A DNA stretch of 64,000 nt, taken from contig CM060733.1 of the NCBI GenBank assembly GCA_030704615.1, forward strand, positions 45,756,001 to 45,820,000, written 5' to 3'. A model generated the notes under the pieces. That model searched no databases. It saw only the letters and a list, made by a program, of their open reading frames with translations, and was not told the DNA's origin. This DNA is from Takakia lepidozioides. Taxonomy: Eukaryota; Plantae; Bryophyta. The position numbers were made by a program, and so were the translations under genes. Shown piece by piece: positions 24,160 to 36,100 of this stretch. Position 1 is the first letter of the stretch; every line of letters starts with the position of its first letter.

Positions 24160-27100
24160 TCAAGGGGTTGTTCTTTCTTTGCGAAGCTTTGGGTTTGGTT
24201 TGAAGAGTTGGCGTACACCATCAGCCGGTGAAATGTCCCACTTCTCCACATGTCTGCGCACATATCCCACATTTTACTATACATACAAGAAGTAGAAACC
24301 GGGACACTCAGTGGTCATTCCTACACGTAAAGAACTGCTGATTATTTTCCTCTGTATTTTCAGAATGCTCCCCTAGCAGGGAGCATACTTAGCATAAGCA
24401 GGAGTTTCTCACATTGCGCAAGGGTCCCCGCTCCACTGGCAAGGAATCTTCCAGTTCTGGAAGGTACCCATTTCTGTTTTCTTTACATGTGGCAGCAATT
24501 CTTTACAGGGGAAAAGGGCTCTTCCCACTGGAGCTCACATGTTTTTGACAAAGGACCTCGGGTGCCCGTGTTTCACACGATCTCAACCATGACCACTCCC
24601 CCGGGAAGAGCCCTTCCCCTATACATAACTTGCGTCTTCAATCGGGCTGCCTCTCTGACAGTGATAACGTTAACAAGGGTGACCAAACCCAACATTCGGT
24701 AAAGATTTCCGGACAACAATCTGGCACCTGTCTGATATGTAAGCTCTCAGTTCACCACAGTTAACTTGGATTTCCAGACCTGGTAACAAAACTCCTAAGT
24801 ATACAAGAGCTAAAACAGTGTCCTTCTGCAGCTCACGTATATTCACATTTTCAGATTTGACTCGAGGGGTTGAACTCTGTGGACCTACTTAATCAAAAGT
24901 GCGTAACTCTTGCAGACTGCCAGATTCGTGGGTAATGGTAGTAGCTCCTCTCGGTGCGTGACCTGTGGCTGCCAGTTCAAAATGCAAGCTTTGCAATGTC
25001 AGATTACTTTTCCGATGGTTCTCAAGAGCAGTGAGCTGGCACTTGAAGGCAGCAATCAAGAGCCTTGATTACTGTCTCAGGGTAGACACTCAGCCCAAAA
25101 TGTGGCATGGGGGGAAATGTATCAATCGTTCACCATTTCTTTCACTTTGGCTATTATGCACATGGAGGCATAGTTACTGCAGGAAACTAACACCCTCATG
25201 GAGCTGGTCATGGGTTTCAGCCCACTAGGGTACAAGCGTGTGAGGGTGAGAGACTGAATTCTACTCACTTGACTGCTTTCTTCTCACAACTTGTGCCGTG
25301 AGTACTCAGGAAGGTCAAGGGAGAACTGAGAAGTAAACAGAGAAACTGCCACGACGAGTTCATTCAGATTGAGTACTCACAACATCAAACTAACATTCCC
25401 CTGTCTATATAACATAACATTCAAATCATTGTTCATTCTTAGCAATAAATATGACTGGTAGCATCTTACCAGCTAAGATGGGCCGCCATGGAAGTGACAG
25501 TACACAATTAAACCGCCAGCGTGCATAGATCCTATTCTGCAGGCACAGAGAAAAGATATTGGCAACTGGAAAGAGGGCACTTTTGGAATGCTACTGATGG
25601 AGAGTCCCTAGCAGCGGATGGCTGGAGCAGCACTGCTAGAGGAACCCTGTTTTTCCTTTCTGATGTCTATCCTCCTACAATTCCATGTAACTTGATTGTC
25701 TTTGGCAAGTAAGTGCTTAGAACTGTGGTGATTTCAGGCCAAAGTTTCATATTCGCTCTTACAGGTACCTCCAATCCAGCATTTGCAGGGAATGGCTGAT
25801 GAAAATATGACATTCTCAAAACTCCCTGTCAAAGTACTTAATAGAAATGATGAGTTCAAACTATGTTCCTGAAGAGTTTCAGAGCCTTGATTTCTGTCAT
25901 CAGGGATGAACTCAGCCCAAACGTGGCACGTTTGAATCCTCTATAACCGCAGACTGAATAAGTGGCTTAAAAACAATTGTCACCCATTTGATTTCCTCTA
26001 AAATGTCACTGACAATTGCAAATTAAGAACTGTTGGACTCTTTGCGGCCAGAGAGAGAGAGATAGAGTTCTTGACCGTGGGCCCATATACCACAGCACAA
26101 TACCATCCACAAGCCACCAGCGAGTGGAAATAGCCCAAAATTGCCATAGCATTCGTACACAGCTGATGACCATTAAATGACAGGGTTCATTTGGATTAGG
26201 GCTGGTAGGGGAATGATTACCGCAAGCAGAATGTTGCTGCCAGTACTATTAAGACCGCTCTGTACTGACATATGTTGAATTCTGACTGTTTTTTTGACCT
26301 TTCAAGACGTTCGAGCCGCAAGTGTTCTCAGAATCAAGTAAAATTGACCTTGACTGATCAGAAACCAATAGAAAGACGAGAATTCACCAACAAAACCCTG
26401 CCAGGAGCTAGCGATGTCGCACCTCATATTCTTGCCAATCCGTGACTTTCAAGCTTGATTCTTCCATGAAAGAACCCAAATTGCTAACATTCTGTTTGAA
26501 GCGCTTTAGTCCTTTGATTGAAACAAAAGGATCCGCAAATTCGCAATCGGACTCATAAATCCCCATCGCCATGTTGCCTGCATCCCACTCAGAGCTCCAC
26601 CAGCCCCCTTCCTTTCAGAGCTTTCCGCGGGCGTAATAAAGCACCATTTCATTTCATTTCTCTCATTCTACCCCTTGTAGCTCCTATGTTCCACAACTCT
26701 TCATGTTGAAAGAGTTATCCCCCATAGACAGCTCTGCAATACGCAAATTATCCAAGTGACTGTCACTCAATGTTTCGCCATGACACAATACTAACATCGC
26801 ATGAACCTGTTTGTAAATTGGAAACCTGGAATGAAAACCCAACAATCAATTTCCAATTGCAGCTGTTGTAGTTGTAAATTCCGCGCATATGGAGAAAACA
26901 AACCCAATTTGGAAAAAGCCCACCTGTGACAAAGTAGGATCTCTCGTAGTCGTTGCGGATGGCAGCCACTGCATCCTTCCTCAAAATGGGACCCATTATC
27001 TCTTCTTCCGCTTCATCTTGTGTTCTCTCGCTGGCCGGGCGAAAGGAGGATACCAGATTTCCAAAGGCCTCAGAACCGTACCAAGCCAGCTTTACGAGGG

Positions 27101-27323
27101 GACTGGAATCCGAGGTAGGTGGTGTTCGATCGGCCTTGCATTCTACAACAGATCCTCTCTCCCTCATCGCGCCTTCTTGTTCTTTTCTCCTCCATCTCCC
27201 GCCAGTGGTGGCCACCAGAGGGGACTGCGAGAAGGAAAGCTGGGTTGCACTAGAATTGGATGGAGAACACGAAGGGCTTGCAAAGGAGAGGACTGTGGGA
27301 CTGACTGCCCGCCAGGCGGCCAT
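24160..27323 (-). CDS. DUF2358 / NTF2-like uncharacterised plastid-targeted protein; exons 27323-26924, 26577-26423, 25536-25470, one unresolved short exon, 24253-24160
   Basis: Ser-rich transit-like N-terminus; ...RSYFVTGNMAMGIYESDCEFADPFVSIKGLKRFKQN...ARWRFNCVLSLPWRPILA...HVEKWDISP...QLFKP. Splice phases require an internal exon that I could not identify confidently. Confidence 0.8.
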
Positions 27324-27581
27324 TGCTCGAGCTCAATTGAAACGATGACCAGTGTAGTCTGTCGCAAAGAACGGAAGTGCACTTCGAATTACGGGAAAAG
27401 CCGGTCCTGTACTGTACTCCCGGTCAGCTACCCCCATAGTTATCGACACTCAAGCGTGACTAAATGTCAATGTCGAAGCCTATATCGCCTCATAACTCCA
27501 CTCATACAGTTAACTAACGATTATTTACCGTAACGGTGGAGCCTTCCCACCTTTCAAACACTCTTGTTTTCTCGCCCATAG

Positions 27582-30500
27582 ATGCCTCTCGCGTTTGATA
27601 TGAGGATCACAGTTTCTTCCTTGCCATTCAAGCTCGGCTCGAAGATTGGCATCACAGCAACGCCCATTCGCTGCGTTTCAACGTTGCTGAGTTCTTGCAG
27701 CATTCATTGTGGAAGAAGCTTGCTGTTGGGCGCTAAATGCCAGCCAGTTGTTCCTGGGTTGCTGCGAGGGATCAACTGCGAGAATAGTAAGAAGGGCAGA
27801 GTATGTGGGTTTGGAGGTTCATCACGATACAGTTTGGGCCTCACGCACACTTTTGGGCTGAAAGCAAGGCGATGGTGGATTGGTCGTAAAGTTCTTGTCA
27901 GTTGTGAGGCAGCACCGTCAGTCACAGCAGCTGGAGTTGGCGTGCTTCTGTTTCTACTGATGGGTGCAGAGTTCATTAGCCGCTGGAAGGTGCCAGAAGT
28001 TGTGGCCAATCCTGCAATGGAAAATTCGGTGCTGCTGGAAAGGCTTTCTGAGTTGAGGAAGTCCTACAAGCCTTTCCCGTTACTCACCAATCGGCATGTG
28101 GAGACCATATTTGCTTCCTTCTTCCGCTCTCGTCCTCGGGTTACATACAGGCGAGATTGCTTGCGAATTGCTGATGGAGGGACTGTGGCGCTTGATTGGC
28201 CCCTCACGGAGGTTCCAAGCGGGCCGCTGCTCATTCTGCTGGTCCACACCATCTCCTTTCCTGCTTTTTATGTGTTGCAGAACCTCTTAACCTCCTGCCC
28301 TGCAGTGGCCATCCTGTGGTACTACGTAAGGGGCATCCGCTACATTCATTCCTTCTCACTGGGGACAGAAGGCGTTTAGGACTGCCAATTTTGTGGGTAT
28401 ACCGTATAGGACTTTGCTCTCCTTAAATCGGAAGTGTGTGGATTTAAGTGGTGGAGGCACGGTTGCCTTGATTTAAAGCTTTGATCTGTGATCGAAGGTT
28501 AACTAGTTTTCCAGCACCAGACAATTCGGAGATGTATGAGCGTGAAGAAGCAAGTGTAACTTCTAGGCAATTCAGCTAGAGATTCCCGAAAAAGCGGTTG
28601 CCCTTTAATATGCACATTTACAATCGTTGGAAAAGACTATGAACGATGCTTGGTGTGGGGATGAAGGAAGCAGCCCGGACTGACAGGTGGGAGTGTTGAT
28701 ACCTACGTGCGGCACATGCTCTTACGTGCATGCAGCCACGGCTGGAACGTCGTTGTGTTCAACAGTCGTGGCTGTGCCGATTCTCCTGTCACTTCTCCTC
28801 AGGTTTGCCGCACATGGTGCTCCCTCGCCCCACCTAAACCTCTCTCTCTCTCTCGACCTTGGTGTTAGCTTAGCTATAAGGTACCTCTGTTTTCCCCTTT
28901 TGGTATTTGTCCTGGCTTTGGTGCAGTCTAAGGTTCAAGAAGGTCCAGTAAGCAACACAATTTTTCTGCAGAGAGTGGTAATTCACTGTCTGGTGAACTG
29001 TCCGGACATTGAAAAGTTTCCTGGAAATAGCATTGGAGTGAGATGTGCTGGATACTGTTTAATCTGCTTTGAGTGTCCTCTTTACTGAAGTTTCTGTCAT
29101 GGTTGACAGTTCTATTCAGCATCTTTTACTGAGGATCTGCGGCAAGTGGTGAAGCATGTCAGCACCCTGTTCCCCACCTCAAGAATCTATGCTGCAGGCT
29201 GGTCTCTGGGAGCCAACATCTTGGTCCGCTATTGTTGGCAGGCATCAGCTGTCTGGCATGGTTTTGCCCATTAAAATCTTTACACGTTTTGATTCTTTCG
29301 AAAACTAAAATTTCATTCTGTTTATTGGTGAAAAGAGCGCCGTTCCCTATATTTTCCCCCACTTACCCTGTGTAGGGGGCTTGTCTTGCGACTTTCAGTC
29401 AAATGTCTTACAGGGGAATTCAACTGTATGTACTTGGTGTTTTGCAGGAGGGTGAGAGATGTATACTTTCCGGAGCGGTGTCACTTTGTAATCCTGTCAA
29501 CCTGGTGATTGCTGACGATGATTTTCACAAAGGATTCAATAATGTGTATGACAGAAGTCTTGCCAACGGCCTCGGCAAGATATTCAAGAAGTAAGTGCAT
29601 GCTGAAAGCAAGGTAGGTGTGGCTGTCTGAGATTTTACTTCCATAAATGAAGTTGCTTATTGCCTTCTAGAATTCTTGAGAAAGTTCTTTACTGTAGCAT
29701 CAATTTTTTGTAGTGATGTGGTTGAAACCCAAGTAAAAAGAGGTATAGTGATTTGTCTGGTTAACTGTTTGAAGAGGGCTTCTTGTTGGAAAGATTATTA
29801 TTTGCACTGCATTAGAAACTATCCTCCTCATCATGTTGTTCACCGATTGGGCACCTGGGTATGGCCTTTCCCTACTGTACAGAGTTAGGGCGCCAGTCTT
29901 TAGTTTAAAACTCAACCTTGTGCCTGACTGGGAGTGTGGAATATGTAGTTCTTGAGTCATGCTGTTTTCACTTAAGGTTGTGAGGAAGCTGAACTCAAGA
30001 ACTACATATTCCACGATCCCAATCCCAATCTCCATCATGTTCACAGATTGGGCACTGGGTATGCCTTTTCCCAGCTGTTAACTTACTGGTCAGAGTTAGG
30101 CCAGCCTGTCTTAGGTTGAAATTCAGCCTTGCACCTGACTGCAAGCGTGCAATATGTGGTCCTTGAGACATGGCTTTTTCATCCATGGTTGTGACCAAGC
30201 TTAGAGTAGAGCTCATTGTTTCTTAGGGCACTTTCCCTGTTGCCTTTCTAACCGTGCCTGTCTCCTCCAGTTGTCCAGAAAGATACTGGACGTCATGCAG
30301 TCAGTGACAACACGAAGTAAGTACAAAACAGGGGTTGAATGGGGCTGGCTGAACAGGCATGCTGCTCTATTTGAAGGAATCGGAGGAGAGTATAACATAC
30401 CAAAGGTGGCCACTGCCAAATCTGTTCGCGATTTTGATGATGGCTTGACTAGAGGTATGCCTGCGACAAGTTGATCGGCAAAGTAGAAACATGCTGCATA

Positions 30501-32069
30501 TCTTGCTGAAGTTTTCCATACTGAGTGCAGTATTATTGTGGAAGGTTCTGGTCTTTGTCCTGAATTTCGGCCACAGATGATGCATGCAGCTGGTTTTTTT
30601 GGGTTATGTGAGTATGATTGTCCCTCCACTGCTTGAATGGTGCAGTCACTGCTGTAGTAGCTCATTATCAGCTTGTTCCTCTGGGTGTCGTGCAAAATAT
30701 CCAGCCTGTTTTGCCGGCTTGCTCCAACTTCATTTCTGTTAGTTGGTATGTCAGGAACTGTAAAATGCATCTGCCTTCAACCTACACAACTGCCTGCTGA
30801 CTGATGATCGATGCGGGTTGGTGGGGTGCCCAGTATCATTTGGTTACAAGACAGTAGATGACTACTACCATGATGCAAGCAGCTCCCACGCCATAAAAGA
30901 CGTTAAAATTCCTCTTCTTTGTATTCAGGTCAATTTTTCCCCTGCTCGTCTGTTGTTGTGGCATTTGAGGAGTGGTTCTTAAGATTATTTGGCTCCACCA
31001 GCCCAGAGCCTCTTCTTCTTGCATATTGCTGTGGATCTCGTCGGTTTGTTGTCTGTTTCTCAGACTGGATGCTCACACTGAGGAGGTGAAATAAGCATGC
31101 TTTCATATGAGTGATCAACAGAGTTCCACCATTGTGAAAGGTTGAATTTAGAGCCTAGCTCCCTCGGAAGCACATGATAAGAAATAACATGTCATGGCCA
31201 CGGTTGTTCAGGCTGCCAATGATCCCATTGCTCCATCTCGTGGAATTCCACGAGAAGCAATTGAGGTATGGTCACTCCTCCATATTTTGCTTGACAAATG
31301 TGTCTGCTTTTAACATCTCTCTCTCTCTCACCCCAAACTGGGCACGGGGTCTATGGCTGCAAGGCTACAACAAACAACGCCGCATGAGTACATTCTCTGC
31401 ACCCGGGCCCCTGCTTTTTGCATATGTTTTGCAATGATTAATTCACTCCAAGGTTGATGACATGGATAGTGTAAGAGGATTCTTTGTTAATTTGAGCAGG
31501 AAAGGGTTTTCGGAGTAATGTAGGGAGTAAGCCTCAATGTTGCAGTGTAGTGTGTCCTCTTTTCTTCATGTCCTTCCTTTCGTGTTATTGGTTCTTTTTG
31601 CTTGAGGCCCAATCATGCAGGGTCCAATGTATCTCTCTACTTTGTCCCAGGGGCCCTCTGGGCTTGCTTTCTTCTCTCCTCTCCCTCACCTTCTGGGCGT
31701 CCTGCCAATGTACCGAAAAAGAGAGAGGGGTAGCTTGGCATAACAAGTGGCCTCTTCCCTCACTCAGGGTGCTCACCAATTTAATAAATTTATTTCTCTC
31801 TCGTTGTGACCACTGTGATGGCAGAGGCTAACGTATCTGTTGAGCAGGCAAACCCAAATTGCATATTGGTCATAACACCATATGGAGGTCACCTGGGATG
31901 GGTTGCGGGCAATCAAGTTCCGTTTGGGAGCCCATGGACAGACCCGCTGGTGATGCAGTACTTAGAGACTTTGGAAGATCTACGCATGGACCAGCCTGCC
32001 TTCCAGAAACCACAAGACCAATCTGAAACTGCGGAGGTGGTGAATACAGTCCTGCGGGAGAACTTGTAG
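27582..32069 (+). CDS. Alpha/beta-hydrolase of the ABHD1/2/3-YheT (EMB8-like) family, about 8 exons
   Basis: NRHVETIF, DGGTVALDW, PGLTGGS..YVRH, FNSRGC, nucleophile motif GWSLGAN, AANDP, catalytic GGHLGW. Exons near 27582-28241, 28674-28802, 29110-29241, 29448-29590, 30357-30454, 30834-30928, 31212-31265, 31848-32069. Confidence 0.93.
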
Positions 32070-33175
32070 CGGAATATCTTCTTCCATGAAGACTATTGAA
32101 AGTCTGTCCCTTCCACAGTTGGCTTCTCTGTCTCTCTCGCTCTCTATCTAGGAGAGTACAATGATTTGAAGACGCTTGTTTGCATGGAGGTAGGTCCATC
32201 TGTAGTAATAATCCCCTCATTCATTGATTATTGTAGTTCTATTATAATGTAGATCATTATTTATATGTGGAGCCATCAGAGAAAAATTAGGAGTGAGAAA
32301 ATAAAGGCATGGGATGCAGGCACTGTCTAGGCGAGATCTATGTTCTTGGTCATAAGATTAATGGTGGGAGCAAATTAATAAGGGTTGATCGTCGAGTTGT
32401 GAGCACAATTGTGCCCATGTCTGTTTGAAGTACTGGTATACCCAATAGAGTGTTACCTTGTAGTTTTTTTGCTGCCAATTATATGGAGCTCTTTCCATTC
32501 AATCTCGAGGGTTGAAGACCTGCATAGACTTGGGATCAGTTTTTGGTTAGCTTCATAACAACTTCATCAGTTGGTTGTGTATTTGGACGGTTGGTAATTT
32601 ACTGTTTCACCGGGAATAGTAATGCAAGGAAAGTGTCACTGATTATTCTCTGAAGTGGGTTCTCAAGGTAGGGGAACCAGGCAAAAGTCCCTAGGTGTTG
32701 TTTGCATGTATGGTGAATTGGATTTCACCATTCTGCAACAGGAGAAGTCCTGCGAACACTGAAGAGAGATTTTCTGATATCAGGTTGGTCAATTCTTTGG
32801 TAACTTGAAAGTTTCATCAACTAGTTGGTGTGCAATAACACAATCCATTTTCTGAATCAAGAATGCTGATGCTCAGTGTGGGTGAAGCCTGTCAACTTTG
32901 GCTCCTCCTAATCTTGCAAGGCATTCTGCCTCCTTGAACTGCAATCTCCTCAGCAACAATGGTTCCTGTGAACTCAGTGCTGTGGTTTGAGAGTTGTGCC
33001 GAAATTGTATCCATCACCATTGGCAACTCACCAAAAGTGAGGTTTTCAGTCCTGCTTAAGGAGACCACTTGTATATACCAAATAGATTCCTTGATTTCAC
33101 TTGCAAAAATTTATGACGTCTGGACGTTCGCACTTGAGGCAAGACATTCTTCATGAATGTTGCTTGCTTCTACTT

Positions 33176-36100
33176 TCACCAGTAATCTTCACAAGAACAT
33201 ACCCCATCTTGGACGTGGTGAAAGCGGTTGGCATCCCTTATAACAACTGAACGCCCAACAATCTTAGAGATGAACTTGGTGGCCGTATGACAGTCACCAC
33301 ACACTCGAAGGTTCTTCTTGATGAAGATTGGTGTCCCAGGAGGTGTGCTGATGAACCCAAAAGCAATTGCCAGCCTTTCGCTGTGGTGATGAAGAGAAAA
33401 TTCCTTCTGCTCCTCTTCCACATCATGCAATACATGGCGCATTTCAGGCATATATCCGGCATCCTTCATCTGCTCAGACAATCTTTCTAGCTCAGCATGG
33501 ATTTTTTCAATTTGTGGATGTAAGTTGTCCTCTACAAGAAAAGCATGCACCTGGTTGTTGACCTCAATGCAGCTGCGCCCTGGCACCTTCCTGATGCCTC
33601 TCTCCTCCATCATTTTCCTCAATTCTGCGTTATCATTCCATCTGCCAGCTGCAGCATATATGTTTGACAGTAGCACGTAAGCTCCAGCATGCTGTGGATC
33701 CCTTTCTAGAAGGCATTTTGCACAACGTTCTGCTAACCCCACATTGTCATGAAGTCTGCAGGCACCAAGTAAGGCCCCCCACACCAAGGTGCCTGGTTCC
33801 ATTGGCATTTTGGTAATTAAATCCTCTGCCTCATCCAATATCCCTGCACGGCCAAGAAGGTCCACCATGCAGCCAAAATGCTCCTCTGTAGGTGTGACGC
33901 CATGATCTCTACTCATGGAATCAAAGCAGTGACGGCCTTCATCAACTAGTCCCACATGACTGCAAGCAGAGATAACTGAAATAAAGGTGATACTGTCTGG
34001 CTTTAACCCGTCACGCTTCATTTGTTCGAATAGTTGGAGGGTCTCCCTACCATACCCATGCTGAGCATATCCTGCTATCATAGCATTCCATGAGATCACA
34101 TTGCGAGTAGACATACTGTTGAACACTTTACGTGCATCATTTAAGCTCCCACATTTGGCATACATGTCAATGAGAGTGGTATCCAAAACGATGTATGCTG
34201 GAATTCCAGCTTTGAGGAAATCAGCATGGACCCACTTGCCCTGTTCCAAGGATCCTAGACTGGCACATCCGTTGAGAACACAAATAAAAGTGACCCTGTC
34301 AGGTGTCACCCCTTCCCTTTGCATTTGCTCATAGAGTATGAGAGTCTCTTCACCAAGTCCATGCTGAGAATATCCTGCTATCATCACGTTCCACGAGACT
34401 ACATCTCGTTTGACCATTTTGTCAAAAACTTTACTTGCATCCCACATGCTCCCGCACTTGGCATATGTGTCAACAAGGGTATTCTCCAAATTAATGTATG
34501 GTGCAATTCCAGCTTTGATGAGGTCACCATGGACCTGCTTAGCCTTTCCCAGGTCTCCAAGGCTGGCACATGCATTGAGTACGCAAATGAAAGTGACCCT
34601 GTTCGGTGACACCCCTTTCTGTGACATTTTCTTATACATTTTATAAGCCTCTTCACCATGCCCATGCTGAGCATATCCAGATATTATTGCGGTCCAGGAG
34701 ACCACATCTCGTTTAGGCATTTTGTCAAACACTTGACGTGCATCCTTCAAGCTCCCACATTTTGAGTAAGTGTCAACAAGGGTATTATCCAAAATTATGT
34801 CTGAGGCAATTCCAGCTTTGACAATATCAGCATGGACCTGCTTGCCCTTTTCTAGGGCTTCAAGAATTGCACATGCATTGAGGACACAAATGAACGTGAC
34901 CCTGTCAGGCGCCACCCCTTCCTGTTGCATTTGCTCATACATTTTAAAAGTCTCCATACCATGCCCATGCCTCGCATATCCTGACAACATCATTGTCCAT
35001 GTGAATATATCTCGCTGAGGTAGCTTCTCAAACAGCAGTCGTGCATCAACCATGCTACCACACTTGGTGTACATGTTCACAAGAGTATTGACTAAAAGTA
35101 TGGTTGGCTTAAGTTTATTTCCTGTAATGTGGGCATGCACCTGCTTTCCCGCTGCCAAGGCTTTCATGTTGATGCACGCTTTCAAGAGACAGACATAAGT
35201 ACAAGAGTCTGCCCAAGTGCATTGCTGGTCCAGAACGTGCAGCGCCTCCTTCAGTCTGCCCTCCTTACACAGTATCCTCACATCCATAGACATACTCTTG
35301 TTGATTCCCTCTCTTGGCACTCTTTTAACAGTGGCAGTGATAGCAGATGTGTTACCCCACCCGCCAGTCTGAGGTCCAAGAATGTGACCGTTAAGCAACC
35401 CTGTTATCCTGAATGACCAAAAACTACGGATTTTAGGTTCTTCACAACAGGATCTCCCAACAGGCAAAAAATCTCGGAGTGAAACCAGGGTTGCACAACA
35501 ACTGCAGTCATCGACATTGAATTAACTGTGGCAATTCAATTACTTACAGCTTGAAACATGTGAATCATCATGTACAGAACATACCCATTGTACTTTCGTC
35601 CTGCAGCTCCATGCTCCATGTCAAGATTAGAAACATCACCAGACTGCACTTGACCTTGTGTCACAGCGGATAGCTCTGCTTTTACCCAACGAGGGTTCAA
35701 CTGAGACTCAGTCCATAGGGCCTCCTTTGCATGCTTATGTTTGAAGTCTGGGTATTTCAGATTTTTCTGTCAAAATACCCATGTGCAGCTGAGCAGCCAG
35801 CCATAGCTTCAATCAAACCTAATAAACTGATAACAGCCATGTATGGACCAGCCTAACCCATCCAAGCATCTTTAAAAATCCAAGGGAACAACCTTAAATG
35901 AACAACTTTAATGCCCTGCTGAAAATGAATAACAACATCTTCAGACCGAATATACCTACCAATATGGCACTTAGTTGAGGAAAATAGAAAACTTATCATG
36001 TATAATGGAACTGTGAAGAGAATCCAATCCACATCTAGTAATCATGCCGCCTGCAATCAAAAGCCCTCCTTGACAAACTCTTTTCCTGCTGTGAGTGAGG

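Noticed and set aside
26889-27533. 214-aa plus-strand ORF
   Set aside because: Antisense to DUF2358 exon 1 with no recognisable motif.
35409-35467. ORF-track N-terminus MPVGRSCC... of the 763-aa PPR ORF
   Set aside because: It starts at TTG and lies within the predicted intron 35584-35409.
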